DNA of 64,000 nucleotides from NCBI GenBank assembly GCA_002841945.1, contig PHBI01000014.1, positions 5,606 to 69,605 on the forward strand, given 5' to 3'. Shown here piece after piece: positions 19,255 to 32,427 of the stretch. The stretch comes from Deltaproteobacteria bacterium HGW-Deltaproteobacteria-14 (GTDB taxonomy: Bacteria; Myxococcota_A; UBA9042; PHBI01). The stretch's first letter is position 1, and each line of letters opens with the position of its first letter. Made by a program: the position numbers and the translations under genes. Under the pieces are notes generated by a model that worked only from the letters and a program-made list of their open reading frames with translations, had not been told where the DNA came from and searched no databases.

Positions 19255-19475
19255 CGAGCCTCCGAGGCTGAGGGGGCGGGGCGCGACGCGCTGCACGTCG
19301 CTGTACGGGAGTGTGCGGGTTGTGGGCGCCGCCGTCACCCGGGCCGGGACCGCGGCGCGCTCAGAGCACGCGGTAGCTTCGCCACGTGCAGCAGGGGGGG
19401 AGCGGCGCGCGCGCTCGGGCCGAGTCGGGACGCGAGTCGTCGCTCGCGCCGCGGCGCCCGAACCCGCGGCGAGGT

Positions 19476-20804
19476 TCAGTAAGGCAGGCACGCCTTGCGC
19501 ACGACCGAGGCCTGACCGAAGCGCGGCTCGGCCTCGCAGGTCGTGCCGACCGGGCAGTCGTCGTTGCTCGAGCACTGGGCGGCGCACATGCCGCCGGTCA
19601 TCCCGGTCTCCTCGGGCACGGCGACGCAGAAGGTCGAGGCGTAGCTCGCGTCCTTGTCGTCGCAGTAGCGCGTGCACGCGGTGGTGCAGATCCCGGCCGC
19701 CTCGCTGGTCGCGTCGCAGCGGCCGCTCTCGCACTGCGCGTCGCCGAGGCAGCGGTCGCCGGTCCACCCCTCGGTCCCGGGGACGCAGGCGGCGCGCTTC
19801 ACCGAGGACTGCCCGAAGCGCTCGCTCATCGCCTCGACGAAGCCGTCGTAGCGGCGGCAGCCGTCGGTCCACGGCTGCGCCTGGTTGACGCAGATCCCGC
19901 GGGTGCGGTCGTCGGGGTCGGTCACGCAGAAGGTCGGCGGGGTGCCGGTCCGGTCCGAGCAGTAGCGGGTACACGGCGTCGTGCAGAAGCCGCGCCCGCT
20001 GTAGGGGTTGTGCTTGCAGAGGCCGCCGGGGAAGGCGCAGTCGGCGTCCGCGTCGCACTCGGCCTGGATCCACGGCTCGCCGGTGTCCACCGCGTGCCCG
20101 TCGCTGCCGCGCTCGATGGCCTTCTGGATGCGCACCGGCACCCGCTTGCCCTGGATGCGGGCGTAGACCTCGACGAGGTCGGCGCTCTCCATGCGCATGC
20201 AGCCGTGGCTGACGAAGCCGCGCCGCAGCTTGCCCCCGTCCCGCTGGGTGTAGCGGTCGACCGGCCCGTGGATGCCGTAGCCGCTCGACGGCGGGCCGGT
20301 GAGGCGGATGAAGGGCAGGCCGGCGAAGACCGGGACCTTCACGCCGTCGTCGCCGGTCCACCACATGCGGCAGCGGTAGTTCCACGCCCACTTGGCCTGC
20401 GCCGGCGTGGGGCCGTCGTCGACCGGGGCGACGTCGGTGCGGGTATAGAACACGCCGTCCGGTGCGCCGGTGGAGACCGGGGTGAGGCTCACGCCGTCGT
20501 CGATGGCGCCGGGGCCGATCGGGAAGACGCGATCGTAGTCGCCGGCGCGGTCGATGAGGTGGAGCGTCAGCCCGTCGAGGGACACGACGATCGCCGGGTC
20601 GGCTAGCGCCGGCAGGTCCGGGATCTCCTTGCAGGTCGTCGCGAAGCCCCACGCCCCGTCCGCCTTGACGCCCTCGACGTCGCCGACCGGCAGGTCGACG
20701 AGGAGATCGCCGGTGTTCAGGTCGAAGCCGGAGCGCTCGGCGGCGTCATCACAGGCGGCGAGGGCCAGCGAGAGGAGGAGGACAGCGGCGAGGATGCGCG
20801 ACAT
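19476..20804 (-). CDS. L,D-transpeptidase (YkuD-family) lipoprotein with Cys-rich C-terminal modules
   Basis: Lipobox LAAC-DD; YGIHG...GFVSHGCMRM catalytic His/Cys motif. Confidence 0.88.
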   Translation of the reverse strand: MSRILAAVLLLSLALAACDDAAERSGFDLNTGDLLVDLPVGDVEGVKADGAWGFATTCKEIPDLPALADPAIVVSLDGLTLHLIDRAGDYDRVFPIGPGAIDDGVSLTPVSTGAPDGVFYTRTDVAPVDDGPTPAQAKWAWNYRCRMWWTGDDGVKVPVFAGLPFIRLTGPPSSGYGIHGPVDRYTQRDGGKLRRGFVSHGCMRMESADLVEVYARIQGKRVPVRIQKAIERGSDGHAVDTGEPWIQAECDADADCAFPGGLCKHNPYSGRGFCTTPCTRYCSDRTGTPPTFCVTDPDDRTRGICVNQAQPWTDGCRRYDGFVEAMSERFGQSSVKRAACVPGTEGWTGDRCLGDAQCESGRCDATSEAAGICTTACTRYCDDKDASYASTFCVAVPEETGMTGGMCAAQCSSNDDCPVGTTCEAEPRFGQASVVRKACLPY

Positions 20805-20899
20805 GGGGTGGACTCCTGTAGCGCCGGCCCCTTATGACGCCCCGCGTCATAGCGCAAGAACGAAGCACATTCACCGCTCGAGGGCCGCGCCCGCCGCCG

Positions 20900-21658
20900 T
20901 CAGCCGACCCGGAAGCCGCTCGCTCCGGCGATGTCCTCGTAGGTGATGCGCATCCCGCGCAGGGACCGCAGGCTCGCGCGGTCGACGATGACGCGGACCC
21001 CGTGGGAGAGGAACACGACGTCGCCGTCGTCGGGGGCGTGCTCGAAGGCGAAGTCGCAGTTGGCGGGTCCGCCCGGGCCGCTGGTCAGGATGCGCAGCCC
21101 GGCGCCGGACATGCCGTGCTGGTAGGCCATGATCCGGAGCTGGCGGGCGGCCATCTCGGTCAGCTCGATCGGGGCACCCCCGGGCAGCGTCGCGGGCGCG
21201 GGGGGCATCGTATAGGTCCGCGGCGGGGGCGGCTGCGGCGGCCGGCGCGGCGCCTCGCTGCGGGTGCGCACCGGCTCGGGGGCGCCCGGCGTGAACTCGA
21301 CCGTGATCACCCCGGGCGGCGTCCCGGGCAGGATCTCTAGGGGCTCGCCGCGCCCGGAGATGTCCATCCGGACGCGCTCGACGGTCATCCCGCCGTTGCG
21401 CGCGCTGAGGGTCTCGCGCTGCATCGCAGCAGGGCGCATCGGGATCGATGGCGGGACCACCTCACGCGGTGGTGGTCCCGCTGGACGGGTGCGTTCGGGG
21501 GGCGTTTCGCTGCGCCGCACAGGGGCCGTGGGGCGTCGCTCCGCCTCGGAGCGCTGACGCGCCGGGTTCGGCTTGGCGGCCGGTCGCTCGGGGCGCTCCA
21601 CCCCGTCGATGTCGAGGTTGCGGAAGCGCTTGAGGATCTTGCGGTCGTCGCTGGGCAT
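20900..21658 (-). CDS. HesB/IscA-like fold at C-terminus with long Pro/Arg-rich N-terminal extension; Cys ligands degenerate
   Basis: IELTEMAARQL..GLRI..DDGDVVFLSHGVRVIVDRASLRSLRGMRITY..GF matches A-type carrier spacing, but GGCSG and CGCG are missing. Confidence 0.7.
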   Translation of the reverse strand: MPSDDRKILKRFRNLDIDGVERPERPAAKPNPARQRSEAERRPTAPVRRSETPPERTRPAGPPPREVVPPSIPMRPAAMQRETLSARNGGMTVERVRMDISGRGEPLEILPGTPPGVITVEFTPGAPEPVRTRSEAPRRPPQPPPPRTYTMPPAPATLPGGAPIELTEMAARQLRIMAYQHGMSGAGLRILTSGPGGPANCDFAFEHAPDDGDVVFLSHGVRVIVDRASLRSLRGMRITYEDIAGASGFRVG

Positions 21659-21732
21659 GCGCCCGATTATCGACGAAACGCCCGCCCGACGCCAGCGCGA
21701 GGCTGGGGGGAGGGCCGCCGGCGGCTGCGCGT

Positions 21733-22254
21733 TCAGCCCGCGTCGACGCCGAAGTCGACCATCATGTCGCCCGCGAGGGCTTCGAGATCGGCGCGCACGT
21801 CCGCGGCCGAGACCCCGCTCGGGAGCTCCACCACGGCCCGCGCCTCGAACATCCGGTCGCCCGACATCGGCGCGTGCGCGCAGCCGCTCTCGAGCTCGAG
21901 GACGTTGAGCCCGCGCGCGGCGAGGGCGCGCGCCATCGCGCGCATGATCCCCGGCCGGTCGTGGCCGACTACGCTGACCTGCAGCCGCGGCGGCGCCACC
22001 GGGGCCGCGTCGATCTCGCTCCCCGCGACAAAGACGGTCAGCTTCTCGCTCGCCAGGGCCGCCAGCGCGCTCCGGAGCCGGTCGGCCGCCGCGTCGTCGA
22101 TCGCGACCTCGAGGATCCCGGCGAACTGCCCGGCCAGCTTCGCCATGCGGCTCCGCTGCCAGCTGCCGCCGTGGGCGACGACGGCCGCCGAGACGCTGTC
22201 CACGATGCCCGGACGATCAGGCCCCATGATGGTGAGCACGAGCACGGTTTCCAT
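21733..22254 (-). CDS. gcvR: Tandem ACT-domain protein (GcvR-like)
   Basis: Two ACT units: GPDRPGIV and GHDRPGIM. Confidence 0.85.
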   Translation of the reverse strand: METVLVLTIMGPDRPGIVDSVSAAVVAHGGSWQRSRMAKLAGQFAGILEVAIDDAAADRLRSALAALASEKLTVFVAGSEIDAAPVAPPRLQVSVVGHDRPGIMRAMARALAARGLNVLELESGCAHAPMSGDRMFEARAVVELPSGVSAADVRADLEALAGDMMVDFGVDAG

Positions 22255-22597
22255 GGCCTGAGAATTACCACGCGCCCGCGCGGAGGATCAAATGCGCTCC
22301 GGCTCCGGCTCCGCCGACGATCGAGCGCGCTCGCTGCGGGGCGCTGGCCTTCGTCCGCCCCCGCCGGCGCGGCGGGAGGTGTGTCGGCGGAGCCGACGAT
22401 CACCTTTCATTCAGGTTGCGCGTCCGCGCCCAAGCCCGGCGCCATCATCGCTTTCGTCGGTTTACCCCGGGCCGCCCGCGGGTCCTCCCCTGCCACAGCG
22501 CTCGCGACGACGTCCCGCTTTCCCCGGTCGTCGCTCGCACGTTCGGCCGGCCGCAGGTGCGTGGTGGCACCTGCGGACCGGCCATCTTAAACCACAA

Positions 22598-22766
22598 GGG
22601 TCAAAACCATAGGGGTCAGGCACCCTCACTTTTTACTTTTGCCCCTCAGCACGGCCTCCCACCGTGGGGGTCAAACCATAGGGGTCAGGCACCCTCACTT
22701 TTTACTTTTTCCCCGAACGCGGTCCTCGGCGCCGACACCCGGGCAAAAGGGGGCAGGCACCCTCGC
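22598..22766. repeat. Intergenic AT-rich repeat cluster (core GGGGTCAGGCACCCTCACTTTTTACTTTT x2 plus a partial third)
   Basis: Copies at 22598-22640 and 22668-22709 differ by one A; partial copy ~22749-22764; related to the 48788-48896 element. Confidence 0.85.
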
Positions 22767-22841
22767 TGACCTGAGGCCAAGCGGCGGCAGGTCGAGGACC
22801 GGGATCCGCAGCTGCGGGTGCGGGGGCGCGTGGTGGCCCCG

Positions 22842-24299
22842 CTACGGCGTCGCTACCGCCACGGCCAGGACCTCCGCGAGCCGCTCCTCGCTGAAGGGCT
22901 TCTCCAGGAAGTGGCTGGTCGGCGGGATGTCCTGGCCGCGAACCAGCATGTGCTGCGGGTGCGCAGACATGAAGACGGCGCGCGCGCCGGGGTGGGCCGC
23001 CACCACCCTCTCGGCGACCTCCCGCCCCGTCGTACCGGGCAGCGTCACGTCGGTCAGCACGACGTCGATCGCCTCGGTCACCGCCGCCGCCGCCGCGCCG
23101 TCGGCCGCCTCGACGACGCGGTGCCCCCGCTGCTCGAGGAACGCGCGGACCGTCAACCGCAGCAGCGACTCGTCGTCCACCACGAGCACCGTGAGGCGAC
23201 GCCGCGCGGCCACGGCGGCCTCGTCGGGGCCACGCGCGGGGCGAGGCGCCGCGCGCGGCAGAAACAGCGCCGCCCGCGTCCCGTGACCCGGTGTGCTGGT
23301 CATCGACACCGCGCCCCCGGCGCGCGCGGCGATCTCCGCCACCAACGTCAAGCCGAGCCCCGAGCGGGCCTCGCCGCGGGTCGTGAAGAACGGCTCCAGC
23401 GCTCGCGCGAGCACCGACGGATCCATCCCCGGGCCGTCGTCGGCGACGCTGAGGACGCAGTACTCGCCTGGCTGGAGGCCCGCCGGCGCCGGCTCCAGGG
23501 GCACCGTGACCTCGCGCACGCCGAGGGTCACGGCGCCGCCGTTGGGCAGCGCGTCGCGCGCGTTCAGCACCAGGTACACGAGGGCCTGGTGGAGCTCCGC
23601 CTGGCTCGCCCGCACCGCCCAGCGGCCGTCGAACGGGATCGTGGTCAGCCGCACGGCGTCGCCCACGATGGTCTTGAGCAGCGGCTCCGCCTCCCCGACG
23701 ACGGCGGCGAGCTCCAGCAGCGCCGGCGGCGCCGCGCTGCTGCGGCCCACCGTCTGCAGCTGCCGCGTCAGGGCCGAGCCGCGCAGCGCCGCCTCCTTGA
23801 GCTGCTCCAGGAACGGGTGGGCGCGGCTGTCCGTCGGCATGAAGTGCTTCGCCAGATCCGCGCAGCCGATGATCCCCATCAAGATGTTGTTGAAGTCGTG
23901 CGCCATGCGCTGCGCCAGGCTCCCCACCGTCTGAAGCTGGTGCGCCTCGCGCATCTTCGCCTCGAGCCCGCGCTCCCGCGTCAGATCGCGCGCGGCCAGC
24001 ACACACGCCGCCGGGGCGACCTGGCACGGCGCCCCCTGGACGCCGACGATGCGCCCGTCGGCCAGCGCGATCTCCGCGCTCTCCCCCTCGCCAGCCAGGG
24101 CGCGGGTCACGAGCGGCGCGAGGCCCAGCGCGGCGGTCGCCCCGATGAGCTCCGCCAACGTGCGCCCGAGCACCTCCGGTCCGATGGCCCCGAGCGCGGC
24201 GCCGTTCGCCGAGACGACCCGCAGGTCGCCGTCGAGCATCACGACCGTGGTGTCGTGATTCGCTCGCTTCGGGACGTGCTCGGCGATGTGCTCGGACAT
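22842..24299 (-). CDS. Hybrid sensor histidine kinase/response regulator (PAS-HisKA-HATPase-REC)
   Basis: H-box AHDFNNIL, N-box NARDA, G-boxes DDGPG and GLGL, receiver VLVVDDE..TD..KPF. Confidence 0.92.
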   Translation of the reverse strand: MSEHIAEHVPKRANHDTTVVMLDGDLRVVSANGAALGAIGPEVLGRTLAELIGATAALGLAPLVTRALAGEGESAEIALADGRIVGVQGAPCQVAPAACVLAARDLTRERGLEAKMREAHQLQTVGSLAQRMAHDFNNILMGIIGCADLAKHFMPTDSRAHPFLEQLKEAALRGSALTRQLQTVGRSSAAPPALLELAAVVGEAEPLLKTIVGDAVRLTTIPFDGRWAVRASQAELHQALVYLVLNARDALPNGGAVTLGVREVTVPLEPAPAGLQPGEYCVLSVADDGPGMDPSVLARALEPFFTTRGEARSGLGLTLVAEIAARAGGAVSMTSTPGHGTRAALFLPRAAPRPARGPDEAAVAARRRLTVLVVDDESLLRLTVRAFLEQRGHRVVEAADGAAAAAVTEAIDVVLTDVTLPGTTGREVAERVVAAHPGARAVFMSAHPQHMLVRGQDIPPTSHFLEKPFSEERLAEVLAVAVATP

Positions 24300-24498
24300 A
24301 CGCGGGCCTCGGACGACGCAGGGGACACCGATGACGCTGCCCTACCCGGACCGCGGCGCGTCCCGGTGGGGCCATGGGTTTCAGAGCGAGCGGCATCGAC
24401 CGCGGCTGGACCGCTCTCCGCGACGAGACCAGCGAACCACGCCGACGTCAAGTGAACGCGCTTGCGGCATTGTCACCGTCGTGCATACCGTGGCTGTC

Positions 24499-26736
<2,238 letters not shown>

Positions 26737-26917
26737 CGCAGGCCTCGAGCCCCTCTCCGCCGGTGCTCGGCGCTCGCGAACGCGCGCCCATCCCGGCCCC
26801 GGATCCCCTCGCCGGCTCCCGCTCACGCAGTCCCACGCGCTCTCGCCCCCCCCTCGCGCCCCCGCTCTCCCGGGCCGGCTATGTACGCGGCGGCTCCCGG
26901 CCGCTAAACTCTGCGGC

Positions 26918-28507
26918 GTGAAGGAAACTCACTTCGATTGGATCATCGTCGGCTCCGGCTTCGGCGGCAGCGTCTCCGCGCTGCGCCTGACCGAGAAGGG
27001 CTACCGCGTCCTGCTCATCGAGAAGGGGCGGCGCTTCGCCAAGACCGACTTCCCGAAGACGAACTGGGACCTGAGGCGCTGGATGTGGGCGCCGCAGGCG
27101 GGTCTGCGGGGGATCTTCCAGATGTCCTTCCTCGAGCACGTCACCGTCCTGCACGGGGTCGGGGTCGGCGGCGGCAGCCTCGTCTACGCCAACACCCTCC
27201 CGCAGCCGAAGGACGGCTTCTTCAACGCGGCGAGCTGGTCGCACCTCGCCGACTGGAAGGCCGAGCTCGCCCCGCACTACGACACCGCCCGGCGCATGCT
27301 CGGCGCGGCGCGCAACCCGCTGATGACCCGCGGCGACTACGTCCTCAAAGAGATGGCCGCGGAGATGGGGCGCGCCGAGCACTGGCACCCCACCGACGTC
27401 GCCGTCTTCTTCGGCGAGCCCGCCGTCGACGTCCCCGACCCCTACTTCGACGGCGAGGGCCCCGCGCGCACCGGCTGCACCCACTGCGGCGCCTGCATGA
27501 CCGGCTGCCGCGTCGGGGCCAAGAACACCCTCGATCGCAACTACCTGTATTTGGCCGAGCGACGCGGCCTCACCATCGTCGCCGAGACCGAGGTCCGCGC
27601 CGTCCGCCCCCGCGACGCCGGCGGCTACACCCTCGAGTGTCGCCGCTCGCTCTCCCCCCACGTCGGCACCGTCTACACCGCCGACCGGGTCGTCCTCTCC
27701 GGGGGCGTCATGGGCACGGTGCCCCTGCTGCTCGCGATGAAGGACGATCGCCGCGGCCTGCCGCGCCTGTCCGATCGCGTCGGCGACTTCGTCCGCACCA
27801 ACAGCGAGTCGCTGACCGGCGTGATCGCCCCCGACGCCACCGAGTCCTTCGCCAAGGGCGTCGCGATCACCTCGATCCTCCACACCGACGATCACAGCCA
27901 CCTCGAGACGGTCCGCTACGGCGCGGGCTCGGGGTTCTTCCGCGCCATGATCCTGCCCCACGCCCCGGGCAAGACCGTCGCCCGGCGCTTCGCGATGACC
28001 CTCGCCGCCCTCGCGCGCCACCCCGGCCGCTGGGCCCGCGCCTTCACCGTCTCCGACTTCGCGACCAAGGCCCAGGTGATGCTCTACATGCGCGCCCTCG
28101 AGGGCACGCTCAAGATGCGCCTCGGCCGGAGCCCCTTCACCGGCTTCAAGAAGGGCCTCGTCACCGTCCTCGACGACCCCGAGTCCGCCCCGCAGGCCTT
28201 CATGAGCGAGGCCACCGCCCTCGCGCGCCGCTTCGCCGAGAAGGTCGGCGGCGTCGTCGGCACCCTCTTCACGGAGACCCTGCTCGGCACCCCGTCCACC
28301 GCCCACATCCTTGGTGGCGCCTGCATGGGCGCCACCCCCGACCAGGGGGTCATCGACGCCGACCACCAGGTGTTCGGCTACCCGGGGCTCTACGTCATCG
28401 ACGGCTCGTCGGTGTCGGCCAACCCGGGGGTCAACCCGTCGCTCACCATCACCGCCCTGGCGGAGCGGGCGATGGCGCGCGTGCCGGCGGCAGCCGCTCG
28501 AGGGTGA
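26918..28507 (+). CDS. GMC-family oxidoreductase, cholesterol-oxidase (ChoD)-like
   Basis: GSGFGG FAD-binding motif, [36 protein letters not shown] start at 26918. Confidence 0.88.
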   Translation: MKETHFDWIIVGSGFGGSVSALRLTEKGYRVLLIEKGRRFAKTDFPKTNWDLRRWMWAPQAGLRGIFQMSFLEHVTVLHGVGVGGGSLVYANTLPQPKDGFFNAASWSHLADWKAELAPHYDTARRMLGAARNPLMTRGDYVLKEMAAEMGRAEHWHPTDVAVFFGEPAVDVPDPYFDGEGPARTGCTHCGACMTGCRVGAKNTLDRNYLYLAERRGLTIVAETEVRAVRPRDAGGYTLECRRSLSPHVGTVYTADRVVLSGGVMGTVPLLLAMKDDRRGLPRLSDRVGDFVRTNSESLTGVIAPDATESFAKGVAITSILHTDDHSHLETVRYGAGSGFFRAMILPHAPGKTVARRFAMTLAALARHPGRWARAFTVSDFATKAQVMLYMRALEGTLKMRLGRSPFTGFKKGLVTVLDDPESAPQAFMSEATALARRFAEKVGGVVGTLFTETLLGTPSTAHILGGACMGATPDQGVIDADHQVFGYPGLYVIDGSSVSANPGVNPSLTITALAERAMARVPAAAARG

Positions 28508-30518
28508 TCTCGTGGGTCAGCGACTGGCTGCCCCGCCCCTCGACGTTGACCGACAACGGGCGGTAGCCCGGCGCCGCCAGGTCGAAGCGGTGGCTGCCAG
28601 CGGGGACCTCGAGCTCGATCGGCGTCCGCCCGAGCACCCCGCCCTCGTAGCTGACCACGGCGTTGGACGGCGTGCTGCGAAGGGTCAGCCGCGTCATCGC
28701 GTCCCCGCCCGGTCCCGGCTCCGGGGGGCCGGGGACGGTCACGCCCGGGACCGGCCCCGGGACCTCCTGGGCTCCCCCCGTGGCCGGCCCGACCTGCGCC
28801 GGGGGATCGACCGGCCCGACCACCACGCTGGCGTTGTGCTCGCTGGTGGCGAGCGTGACCAGGATCAACACCGCGAGCGCCGCGAACACCGCCCCGGCCG
28901 CCCATGACGGTGGGGCGGGGCGGCTCGCCTCGCCGCGCCCCGCGCCCCGCACCCGGTCGGTCGCCGGTCCCGTCCCCCGCACCGGGACCTCGATCGTCGG
29001 GGACGGCACGCCGCTCACCGCGTCGCGCCGGGTGGCGACCGGGCTGGATCCCGGCCGGGTGTTGCTCGGCCGCTCGGGGCGCGTGTCCGCGGGCGCGCGC
29101 AGGGCCCCGTCGAGCGTGCGCGGCTGGGGGACCTCGGCCTGGGCCGCGGGGCGGTCGATGTGCGCCGCTCGCGACGGCTCGCTCATCCGGCGCTGGTGCC
29201 GCGGCGGGGCAACCCACTCCTGGGAGGCCGGCGCCCCGATCTCGCTCGCCCGTCGCTCTTGCGTTGCGACGTTCGCCAGCCAATCCGGGACATCGTCAAT
29301 GGCCTGCTGCGTATCGCGTCGCGAGATGTCGGCCTCGGTCAGCCCCTCCGCGTCGGTCTCCGCGGGCGGTCCACCGGGGGGGGGCGCGGCGCCCGCCCGC
29401 TTGGCCGCGCGGGAGTAATACGCCAGCTCCGCCGCGGTCATGCGCGGCTGACCGATGAGGGTCTCGCGGCGGGCCGCGAGTGGCGTGGCGGGCGCGGCGG
29501 GGATCGCCTCGGTCGGGATCTCCAGCAGGGTCTCGGCGACCGCGATCGCGCCCGCCGGGCTCTCGGCGACCGCGAGCTCCAGCGCTGGGTCCGGGATCGG
29601 CTCCGCCGCCGTGAGCGCGACCCGCACGATCGGCAGGACCGGGACGAGGGGCTCGGGGGGGAGCGTGCGTGGGCGGCGGCCGGTCACCGGGCGCGACTCG
29701 GCGGCCGCCGCGGACAACTCGTCGAGGGGGATCGCGGCCTGCTCGCTCGTCTGGAGCATGACGTCGTGCATCGCCCGCTTCATCGACGGCGCGGTCGCGA
29801 GCTGGACCCGCGCGTCGCGGCCGGTGCGGGGGCGCCGCTGGTGCTCGATGTCGTCGAGGGCGGCGCGCAGCTCCGCGGCGGTCTGCAGCTCGGGCGCCCC
29901 GTCCCGGGCCCGCGCCAGGATCGGGGCGAGCTCCTCGGGCACCGGCGTGTCCGGGGTCGCGGCCGCGAGCACGCCGTCGACGATGTCGGCGAGGGCGTCG
30001 GCGACCGCGATGACGTCGATCTCGGGGGACCGCCCCGGGCCGGCGTCGAGGCCGATGCCGAGGATCTTGGGAGACAGCACGCCGTGCGAGCGCTGGATCA
30101 GGAAGACGCAGTCGCCGTCGAGGGCCCCGTGGACCAGGCCGCGCTCGTGGGCGACCTCGAGCGCGCCGAGGAGCTGCTCGGCGAGGCGGAGGATCTCCTG
30201 GACCGTGAAGCGCCCGCGCTCGCTCGCGGTCGCGAGGGTCTCCCCCTCGAGGCCCTCGTAGGCGATGAACGACCGCCCGTCGTCGAAGCCGTGGTCGATC
30301 GGGGTCGCGAGGTGCGGGTGCTGGACCGCGCTGACGATGAGGAAGCGGCGCGCGACGCGGCCCGCGTCGTCGTCGTTGCTGGGGAACACGAGGGTCACGC
30401 GCTGCTGCGAGTCGACCGTCCAGCCACGCCACACGGAGCCGCCGAAGTGGCCGCGGTGGATGGGCGAGCCGAGGCGATAGGTCGCGGCCACGACGTGGCC
30501 TGGCACCAACTCGCGCAT
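28449..30518 (-). CDS. Ser/Thr kinase-fold pseudokinase with TM helix and C-terminal PEGA domain
   Basis: Kinase scaffold (YRL..G.FG.VW.G, HPHLA, VHG, KILGIG), single [25 protein letters not shown] motif. 3' end overlaps the GMC gene by 59 bp. Confidence 0.8.
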   Translation of the reverse strand: MRELVPGHVVAATYRLGSPIHRGHFGGSVWRGWTVDSQQRVTLVFPSNDDDAGRVARRFLIVSAVQHPHLATPIDHGFDDGRSFIAYEGLEGETLATASERGRFTVQEILRLAEQLLGALEVAHERGLVHGALDGDCVFLIQRSHGVLSPKILGIGLDAGPGRSPEIDVIAVADALADIVDGVLAAATPDTPVPEELAPILARARDGAPELQTAAELRAALDDIEHQRRPRTGRDARVQLATAPSMKRAMHDVMLQTSEQAAIPLDELSAAAAESRPVTGRRPRTLPPEPLVPVLPIVRVALTAAEPIPDPALELAVAESPAGAIAVAETLLEIPTEAIPAAPATPLAARRETLIGQPRMTAAELAYYSRAAKRAGAAPPPGGPPAETDAEGLTEADISRRDTQQAIDDVPDWLANVATQERRASEIGAPASQEWVAPPRHQRRMSEPSRAAHIDRPAAQAEVPQPRTLDGALRAPADTRPERPSNTRPGSSPVATRRDAVSGVPSPTIEVPVRGTGPATDRVRGAGRGEASRPAPPSWAAGAVFAALAVLILVTLATSEHNASVVVGPVDPPAQVGPATGGAQEVPGPVPGVTVPGPPEPGPGGDAMTRLTLRSTPSNAVVSYEGGVLGRTPIELEVPAGSHRFDLAAPGYRPLSVNVEGRGSQSLTHEITLERLPPARAPSPAPPGR

Positions 30519-30713
30519 CACGCGAGCCCTCCCGAAACGTCCGCCCGAAGGCGGCTGCAGGAAGTAGGCTGCACCACGTCTCTTTTCCTACTCACCGGTT
30601 CGTCGCCGTGCGTGTGAACGGCTGCATTCTACCGCTTCCGACTCCGGTGGCCAGCAACGGCAGGACATTTCGGGTCGCGACCGTCGCGCCCGGCGACTGG
30701 ACGCGACCCACGG

Positions 30714-31754
<1,041 letters not shown>

Positions 31755-31861
31755 CTTTGCACGCTGTGTGGTGTTCCTCTACACCAATCGGCCCGCGTCG
31801 CAACCCCACGCAGCCGCGTTCGGCGCCGGTGGGGTGGGCTGTCGCGCGGATCCGTCGGCCC

Positions 31862-31876
31862 TGGCACGGCGCTTGC
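31862..31876 (+). promoter_or_regulatory. Sigma54 (RpoN) -24/-12 promoter
   Basis: TGGCACGGCGCTTGC matches TGGCAC-N5-TTGC with exact GG-N10-GC spacing; lies 47 bp upstream of the 31924 start. Confidence 0.75.
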
Positions 31877-31923
31877 GTTCATGGGACCGACCCGCGACCC
31901 GTGCGCCGACCGAGGAGGTCTCC

Positions 31924-32241
31924 GTGAAACGCAGCAAGAGTGGGCCCGTTCTGGCGCGCAGACCTCGCCTCGTCCTGTGGTTGTTGCGCCGCGCCGCCGT
32001 CATCGCGTTCGCGGCCGCCTGCGGCTTGGCGACCCCGGCGTGGGCGGGCGGCGGGACCACCGTCGAGGACGTCATCGCGGGGGACGGGACGGCGGTGGGC
32101 GGCACGAACATCTCGGACCTCAAGGAGCAGATCAAGCGCGACCGGCTGTCCTGCGCCGGCGGCGAGGCCGGAGTCGGTGTGCTCGCGGCCCTCGGGGCGC
32201 TCGGCCTGATGGGGGCGCGGGTCCGGCGCCGGGTGGGCTGA
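31924..32241 (+). CDS. Tiny secreted protein (105 aa): signal peptide, ~35-aa peptide, MYXO-CTERM-like anchor
   Basis: GAGGAGG RBS before GTG; signal peptide ending AWA; C-terminus SC-AGGEAG-VGVLAALGALGLMGA-RVRRRVG. Confidence 0.75.
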   Translation: MKRSKSGPVLARRPRLVLWLLRRAAVIAFAAACGLATPAWAGGGTTVEDVIAGDGTAVGGTNISDLKEQIKRDRLSCAGGEAGVGVLAALGALGLMGARVRRRVG

Positions 32242-32427
32242 CGCGCGGTCGTCCGGTTCGTCCCGGCTCTGCGCCGAGGCTCCACCGATCGCCGCCCGGG
32301 CAGGGCCGGCGACGGCACGCCCGGCGGCATGCTGCGGTGCGCTGCCGTAATCACCTTGACCCGAGCGGTGCTGATCCCTTTTCATGACGGGCCTCGCGAA
32401 ACGGCCCTCACGGATCTATGGTGAGCC

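Noticed and set aside
22292-22769. Short ORFs over the 22.3-22.8 kb intergenic region, including a duplicated RGQAPSLFTF peptide
   Set aside because: The peptide duplication is just the translation of the DNA repeat; no RBS or coding-like composition.
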